19,326 nucleotides of DNA, from the NCBI GenBank assembly GCA_008932965.1, contig WBXG01000032.1, forward strand, positions 1 to 19,326. The letters are read 5' to 3'. This document shows positions 14,420 to 19,326 of this stretch, one piece after another. Under the pieces are notes generated by a model that saw nothing but the letters and a program-made list of their open reading frames with translations, searched no databases and was not told the origin of the DNA. The first letter of the stretch is position 1; each line of letters begins with the position of its first letter. This DNA is from Verrucomicrobiota bacterium. GTDB taxonomy: Bacteria > Verrucomicrobiota > Verrucomicrobiia > Chthoniobacterales > UBA6821. The translations under genes were made by a program, and so were the position numbers.

Positions 14420-15343
14420 TTATGAAGGGGAGTTGGAATTCATTAATTCCATATGAAGGTCTACGAGTCTTGCAATTGTAAATTCATGCATCTCTATGAT
14501 TACAAGCAAACCTTGAATAGAGCGTAGTTTTTCGGACCACTGCTCCATAAGGTGTTGGATCTCTTCAATAAATATCTGATCCTGAGCCACGGCAAGTAGC
14601 TTCTCATACATTTGCAGTGCCAGCGTCAAACATAAATCACTATTAGAATAATGCTGTTTCTCTATCATCACATGCCTTAATGCAGGGTCGATAAAATGTT
14701 GAGCATATCCTTGAAGGAGCTCTGGATCGATCTTGAGATGAAGCGCGGAAGCAATGCGTTCCATTTGACGTGAGGGATTTTGGAGTAGCTCGTCGTAATC
14801 CACAAGAACGTAGGAATACCCTTGAGTATGCTGCAGTGATGTCACCAAAGAAGAGATCCAAATCCAAAATGATTTTTCTTGAAGGTCTTGAAAGCTCCTC
14901 TCCACAGAAATGGCAACACTGATAGGATGTCTGATTGCAATGACAATGCTTAAATGAATTTCAAGCACCTCACATATCTTTTTCCAAAATGGAATCAAGA
15001 GTGAGGCGGTTGGAACCTTGAGAGCCAGGGGTCGATCTTGAGGGATTTTTTTTAACAATAACTCTGAGGCACGTAAAAAATATTCACTGTTCAACAAAAA
15101 ATCTTTCTCTGTCTCTGAGAGTGGGACAATCCTGCGAGCACGATTTTTGGCACACGCTTTTAACATTTGGAAATTTAATTCATGGAAATCCCAATCCTCC
15201 CAATATCCCGTCTCATTAAATTCATTAGGAGGCATGAGATTGTCTCCTAAGGAGACCCCCATTGTTTCAAGCCCCTTAGTTAGCACACTTGTTCCGCTTC
15301 GCTTCATCCCAAGTACTAAAATGAGGTTTTTTTTTGGCTGCAT
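14420..15343 (-). CDS. Sulfotransferase family protein (PAPS-dependent type)
   Basis: 5'-PSB-like loop LILVLGMKRSGTSVLTKGL. 3'-PB-like segment AIRHPISVAISVERS (R.P...a.S). 307 aa. It starts 10 bp after the upstream GT2 stop. Confidence 0.75.
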   Translation of the reverse strand: MQPKKNLILVLGMKRSGTSVLTKGLETMGVSLGDNLMPPNEFNETGYWEDWDFHELNFQMLKACAKNRARRIVPLSETEKDFLLNSEYFLRASELLLKKIPQDRPLALKVPTASLLIPFWKKICEVLEIHLSIVIAIRHPISVAISVERSFQDLQEKSFWIWISSLVTSLQHTQGYSYVLVDYDELLQNPSRQMERIASALHLKIDPELLQGYAQHFIDPALRHVMIEKQHYSNSDLCLTLALQMYEKLLAVAQDQIFIEEIQHLMEQWSEKLRSIQGLLVIIEMHEFTIARLVDLHMELMNSNSPS

Positions 15344-15353
15344 TGCACCTGAT

Positions 15354-16322
15354 TTATCTACTCATCTGTGAAGGAGCTTGCTGAATCACATTGCATGTTC
15401 TTTTAACAAGATAGATTGATTTACCCTGTGACTCATAAAAGGTGCGCGTGATCATCTCTGCAAGGAGCCCCATGAGAAAGCTCATGACTCCCATCAAAAA
15501 TGTAAAGACAGCCATAAGTGGGAGTGGTGTGGTGATAAGTGGCTTTCTCATCCAAATCAAAAGAGCGAGTGCCCAACAGGCAAATCCCAAGCTCCCTGCT
15601 AAACTAATGAGACCACAAGCACCAAAGACATACATTGGCTTTTGGGCATGCCGATCGAGAAATTTAACAACCATTAAATCGAGAATAACTTTGAGTACAC
15701 GTTCAAGGCCATACTTAGAATGGCCCGTAGTGCGGGCAAAATGATTGACTGGCAACTCTGTAATGCGGGCTCCATGCCATTTGGTATAGATGGGAAGGAA
15801 GCGGTGCATTTCACCGTAAAGCCTCACCCCTTCAATCACATCACGACGATAAGCCTTGAGTGAACATCCAAAGTCATGCAAGCGCACTCCAGAAATCGCA
15901 GAAATCAATTTATTAGCCATCATGCTAGGAATATTTCTTTGCAGTGCATTATCTTGTCGATCCCGACGCCAGCCAGAACAGACATCATAGCCCTCATCTA
16001 GCTTGAGCAACATTCTGGGGATATCCTCGGGATCATTCTGGTAGTCCCCATCCATCGGAATAATGATCTCTCCTGAGGCATAATCAAAGCCTGCCATCAT
16101 GGCTGCCGTTTGACCAAAGTTACGCCGAAAGTGGACAACTTTGGCCACAGGATAATGGAGGGCAAGGTCCTCAAGAATCTCTCCACTTTGGTCGGTACTT
16201 CCATCATTAACAAAAATCACTTCATACTCTTTTCCAAAACAATCCATGACTTCACGGATTTTAGTAAAGAGCGGGATGATGGCCCCTTGTTCATTGTAGA
16301 TGGGAATGGTAATGGAAATCAT
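15354..16322 (-). CDS. GT2 polyprenyl-phosphate sugar synthase (GtrB / ArnC / DPM1-like) with two C-terminal TM helices
   Basis: MISITIPIYNEQG...EVIFVNDGSTDQS...RNFGQTAAMMAGFDYASGEIIIPMDGDYQNDPEDIP...GWRRDRQD...ANKLI, plus two C-terminal hydrophobic helices. The start is set at ATG 16322. The track start at 16415 is a TTG inside the repeat element. Confidence 0.9.
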   Translation of the reverse strand: MISITIPIYNEQGAIIPLFTKIREVMDCFGKEYEVIFVNDGSTDQSGEILEDLALHYPVAKVVHFRRNFGQTAAMMAGFDYASGEIIIPMDGDYQNDPEDIPRMLLKLDEGYDVCSGWRRDRQDNALQRNIPSMMANKLISAISGVRLHDFGCSLKAYRRDVIEGVRLYGEMHRFLPIYTKWHGARITELPVNHFARTTGHSKYGLERVLKVILDLMVVKFLDRHAQKPMYVFGACGLISLAGSLGFACWALALLIWMRKPLITTPLPLMAVFTFLMGVMSFLMGLLAEMITRTFYESQGKSIYLVKRTCNVIQQAPSQMSR

Positions 16323-16372
16323 GGTAACAGCTGGGTAAGGAGTAATGGTTAATCTATAACGAGTAAAGAATT

Positions 16373-16543
16373 TTAACCCGGATATTTCATACTGATCGTG
16401 ACGAGGAGGCCGCAAATACTGATGGATACTGCGTCAGGATTCGTGGCGCCTCGCGAAGAACCAGTATGAAATATGCGGGCTAGCGCAGCAGCCATCAACC
16501 TTCCCGACCTAAGCAGGTGATTGCCATGAACTATTCATGCTAG
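16373..16543. mobile_element. Composite palindromic element, copy 7: a 111-bp short form (16373-16483, TTAA/CTAG) plus an extra right arm (16484-16543, ending CTAG)
   Basis: ttaaCCCGGATATTTCATACTGATCGTGACGAGGAGGCCGC ... GGCGCCTCGCGAAGAACCAGTATGAAATATGCGGGctag. Then gcagcagccatcaaccttcccgacctaagcaggtgattgccatgaactattcatgctag aligns with the right arm of full copies. Confidence 0.85.
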
Positions 16544-16633
16544 AATCGAAATCACAATTGCTTCTCTTCCTTTTCGTAATCAGACTGTGCGTCGTCTTAA
16601 GACATATCAGTATGCAGCTTTATTTCTTTCTCC

Positions 16634-18211
16634 ATGTCGTCGATAAAAAATAGTCTTGTCGTGAAACTCCGTTCGGTACCGCACCGACCAGGTGTTTATG
16701 TGATGAGGGATCGGTTACATCGTATTATCTATGTTGGTAAAGCACGTGACTTACGCAAGCGACTTGCCAATTACTTTACGCCATCACGCCTCACACGCTC
16801 TGACTTGAAGACACGAGCTCTCATTGAGAGCATTCACGATTTTGAATATCACTTGGTTAAGAGTGATGCAGAGGCAGTTCTTTTTGAAGGGAAACTGATT
16901 AAAGAATGGAGACCAAAATATAATGTGAGTTTTCGTGATGATAAACGATTTCTTATGGTCCGAGTGAGGCTCATAGATCCCTTTCCCCGCTTTGATTTAG
17001 TACGGCTTCGCAAGGAGGATGGAGCACGTTATTTTGGCCCTTTTCCTAATGCGGGTGCACTGCGTATTACCTTGCGAGCTATGATTAAAAGTTTTGGCAT
17101 TCGCTCCTGCCACCCTTTGATTCCTGGTGAAAAAGATTTCAAGCATTGCCTGGATCATATTATTCAAAAGTGTTCTGCCCCATGCATTGGAAGAGTGACC
17201 CGTGAGGAGTATCATCAAAGAGTAATAGCAGCCTGTGAATTTCTGGAGGGAAAATCTCGCTCTATGACAGAGGATATTAGAGAAGAGATGGAAAAAGCTG
17301 CAGCAGCTCTTGACTTTGAAAAAGCGACCTCGTTGCGCAATCTTCTTACCGATTTAGAGGAGACCACAAAACCAACCCGGCGTTTCACACGCAAATCACT
17401 TCCCAACAGTATCGATCCTGAGGCAGATCTCATCGAGCTTCAGCAACTACTACAACTGCCCTATGAGCCGCGGGTGATGGAGTGTTTTGATATTTCAAAT
17501 CTCTCAAAAACACATTGCGTTGCTTCGATGGTGCAATTTAAAAATGGTGTTCCCGAGCGCAAAAACTACCGTCGTTATCGCATTACTAGTACCCAAGGCC
17601 AAGATGATTTTGCAGCTATGGCAGAGGTAGTACGTCGCCGTTACAAGAGGATCCTAAGTGATGCAGGGGTCGATCTTGAAACTACCCAATCACAGGAATC
17701 CCACTCAGAATGTTTGCGCCGATATTATCAAGGGCAAAGCAAACGATCTCCTCTCCCAGATCTTATTATCGTCGATGGAGGCAAAGGACAACTCAGCGTT
17801 GCCTGTCGTGAACTTCAACAATTAGGACTCTACGACATTCCTATTATCGGACTTGCAAAAGAATTTGAAGAGATCTATCGCCCTGGAGAGGAGGCCCCAA
17901 TAAGACACCATAAAGACAAAGGATCCTTACGTCTATTACAGCGTATTCGTGATGAAGCGCATCGCATCGCCAATGGATATCATGAACTTTTACTCAAACG
18001 TCGCATCTCCGAGAGTGCTCTTGATATGATCCCAGGAATAAGCCAGGCAAAGAAAAAACTCATCCTGAAAAACTTCGGTAGTGTCCGTCGCCTCCGTCAG
18101 ACAAGCCTTGAAGAGCTGACCAATACCCCCCAGGTCGGCTCCAAATTAGCACACCTTATTAAAACTGCGATCGGGGATCAGCCCCAAGATCCCAGGACTT
18201 TTGTACCCTAG
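16634..18211 (+). CDS. uvrC: Excinuclease ABC subunit C (UvrC), compact 525-aa form
   Basis: GIY-YIG (PGVYVMRDRLHRIIYVGKARDLRKRLANYF...EWRPKYN), UVR motif (MEKAAAALDFEKATSLRNLLTDLE), the C-terminal endonuclease region (ECFDISN...IIVDGGKGQL...LAKE.EE), RIRDEAHRIANGYH, and an HhH tail. Confidence 0.92.
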   Translation: MSSIKNSLVVKLRSVPHRPGVYVMRDRLHRIIYVGKARDLRKRLANYFTPSRLTRSDLKTRALIESIHDFEYHLVKSDAEAVLFEGKLIKEWRPKYNVSFRDDKRFLMVRVRLIDPFPRFDLVRLRKEDGARYFGPFPNAGALRITLRAMIKSFGIRSCHPLIPGEKDFKHCLDHIIQKCSAPCIGRVTREEYHQRVIAACEFLEGKSRSMTEDIREEMEKAAAALDFEKATSLRNLLTDLEETTKPTRRFTRKSLPNSIDPEADLIELQQLLQLPYEPRVMECFDISNLSKTHCVASMVQFKNGVPERKNYRRYRITSTQGQDDFAAMAEVVRRRYKRILSDAGVDLETTQSQESHSECLRRYYQGQSKRSPLPDLIIVDGGKGQLSVACRELQQLGLYDIPIIGLAKEFEEIYRPGEEAPIRHHKDKGSLRLLQRIRDEAHRIANGYHELLLKRRISESALDMIPGISQAKKKLILKNFGSVRRLRQTSLEELTNTPQVGSKLAHLIKTAIGDQPQDPRTFVP

Positions 18212-18286
18212 AAAAAAAGAAAACTACCCATTTCCATTTCTTAAACTTTTGCCGAATCCCTTTTTGAATCTACCATTCTCACCTTC

Positions 18287-19326
18287 ATGAAAAACCTTAT
18301 TGTTATTTTAAAAGATCAACTCTCATTTTCCCTCTCCTCTCTTAAAGATGCTCAACCAGCTACGGATGTGCTCTTTTTTTGTGAAGTGGGAGAACCCTCC
18401 ATTTCCCATCATCAAAAGAAAATTGCCTTTCACTTAGCCTGCATGCGCCACTTTGCCCAAGCCCTCAAGGCGAAGGGATTTCATGTAGTGACTATTCCTC
18501 TCATAGATTCTAAGCGCTCCCCTATTCTCATTGATGAAATTCTTAAAGAAATCCAAGCAGGGAGTTATCAAAAAATCATCATGACTCAACCCAGTGAATG
18601 GGGTGTTTTTGAAGAATTAAAAAAACTCTCTACTCACATTTCTATAGAGTTTTTGACGGACGACCGATTTCTGGCTACGCAAGAGGACTTTCGCTCTTGG
18701 GCTCAGGGGAAAAAGCAACTTCGGATGGAATATTTCTACCGTGAGATGCGTCGCAAATATCATCTTTTAGTTGATGGTTCAGGAGAGCCTGAGGGAGGCA
18801 AGTGGAACTTCGATCAAGAAAATAGAAAAACTTTCTCGAGGCAACACTCCATTCCCAAACGACTCCAGCATCAGAAGTCACCGATTTTACAGGAGGTCTT
18901 ATCGCTTGTTGAAAAAAAATTCTCCCATCATTTTGGAAATTTGCATCCCTTTCACTATGCAGTCACACGAGAGCAAGCGCTTCTGGAGTTGGATGATTTC
19001 ATTGCACAGGAGCTTCTTTTTTTCGGGGATTATCAGGATGCGATGGTCGCTGGAGAACCGTACCTTTTTCACTCCTTACTCTCTTCCTATCTCAATATTG
19101 GGTTACTCCTTCCACTAGAAGTTTGTGAAAAAGCTCAAGAGGCCTACTACCAGGGAAAAGCTCCGTTAAATGCTGTAGAAGGATTCATTCGTCAAATCTT
19201 AGGATGGCGTGAATTTATCAGAGGTATTTATTGGCATTTTATGCCGCAATACGGCGAACTCAATTTCCTAAAAGCAAAGCGAGCTCTCCCCTCTTTTTAT
19301 TGGAGCGGTTCTACCAAAATGTTCTG
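18287..19326 (+). CDS. Cryptochrome/photolyase-family protein of the photolyase-related (COG3046, PhrB/CryB/FeS-BCP-like) type, 5' part (continues past the window end)
   Basis: My translation from ATG 18287 reads MKNLIVILKDQL...HHQKKIAFHLACMRHFAQALKAKGF...GKKQLRMEYFYREMRRKY...GGKWNFDQENRK...YLFHSLLSSYLNIGLL...VEGFIRQILGWREFIRGIYW. It has no stop through 19326, so it is absent from the ORF track. Confidence 0.85.
   Translation, partial: MKNLIVILKDQLSFSLSSLKDAQPATDVLFFCEVGEPSISHHQKKIAFHLACMRHFAQALKAKGFHVVTIPLIDSKRSPILIDEILKEIQAGSYQKIIMTQPSEWGVFEELKKLSTHISIEFLTDDRFLATQEDFRSWAQGKKQLRMEYFYREMRRKYHLLVDGSGEPEGGKWNFDQENRKTFSRQHSIPKRLQHQKSPILQEVLSLVEKKFSHHFGNLHPFHYAVTREQALLELDDFIAQELLFFGDYQDAMVAGEPYLFHSLLSSYLNIGLLLPLEVCEKAQEAYYQGKAPLNAVEGFIRQILGWREFIRGIYWHFMPQYGELNFLKAKRALPSFYWSGSTKMF

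Noticed and set aside
16323-16415. 31-codon N-terminal extension of the GT2 ORF (MRPPRHDQYEISGLKFF...)
   Set aside because: It starts at a TTG inside element copy 7 and is the repeat's open frame. The conserved GT2 N-terminus (MISITIPIYNE) begins at ATG 16322.
1478-16543. Whether the repeated units could be a CRISPR array
   Set aside because: The repeats are 60-260 bp long palindromes, irregularly spaced kilobases apart, located inside and between unrelated genes, and no cas genes are present.
18474-18492. TIR-like string gggatttcatgtagtgac in the photolyase-related gene
   Set aside because: The match is short and imperfect and lies within conserved coding sequence (KGFHVVT). No other element features are nearby.

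Overview
AT-leaning bacterial chromosomal window with no obvious Shine-Dalgarno sequences. The gene content fits a PVC-type (Verrucomicrobia/Chlamydiae-like) genome but does not prove it. Gene order: ffh 5' end (-), DUF255/YyaL-type thioredoxin-domain protein (-), ruvB (-), cutA (-), membrane-anchored FGE-sulfatase-domain protein (-). An envelope-glycan block follows: GT-C-like polytopic membrane protein (+), 4-bp-overlapping DUF2071 protein (+), M48-like membrane protein lacking HExxH (-), GT4 glycosyltransferase (-), N/S/Q/P-rich low-complexity ORF (+), AsnB-type amidotransferase (-), sulfotransferase (-), GtrB/ArnC-like GT2 (-). The window ends with uvrC (+) and the 5' part of a photolyase-related (COG3046/PhrB-like) gene (+). 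No rRNA, tRNA, CRISPR array, transposase or recognisable defence genes are seen. The main finding is a dense family of long, almost fully palindromic MITE-like elements. The ends read YTAR-CCGGATATTTCATACTGATC ... GATCAGTATGAAATATNCGGG-YTAR, and the canonical core is 176 bp. I count 4 full copies, 3 internally deleted or composite copies, and several degenerate or orphan ends. Two full copies sit inside conserved genes (the YyaL-like and DUF2071 genes) without breaking the reading frame, adding 60 and 87 codons. This resembles Rickettsia palindromic elements. Other copies lie exactly at gene boundaries: they supply a stop codon, fill a divergent promoter region, create spurious N-terminal ORF extensions, and may contribute a -35 box. 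All functional calls come from motif recognition by eye, with no database search.
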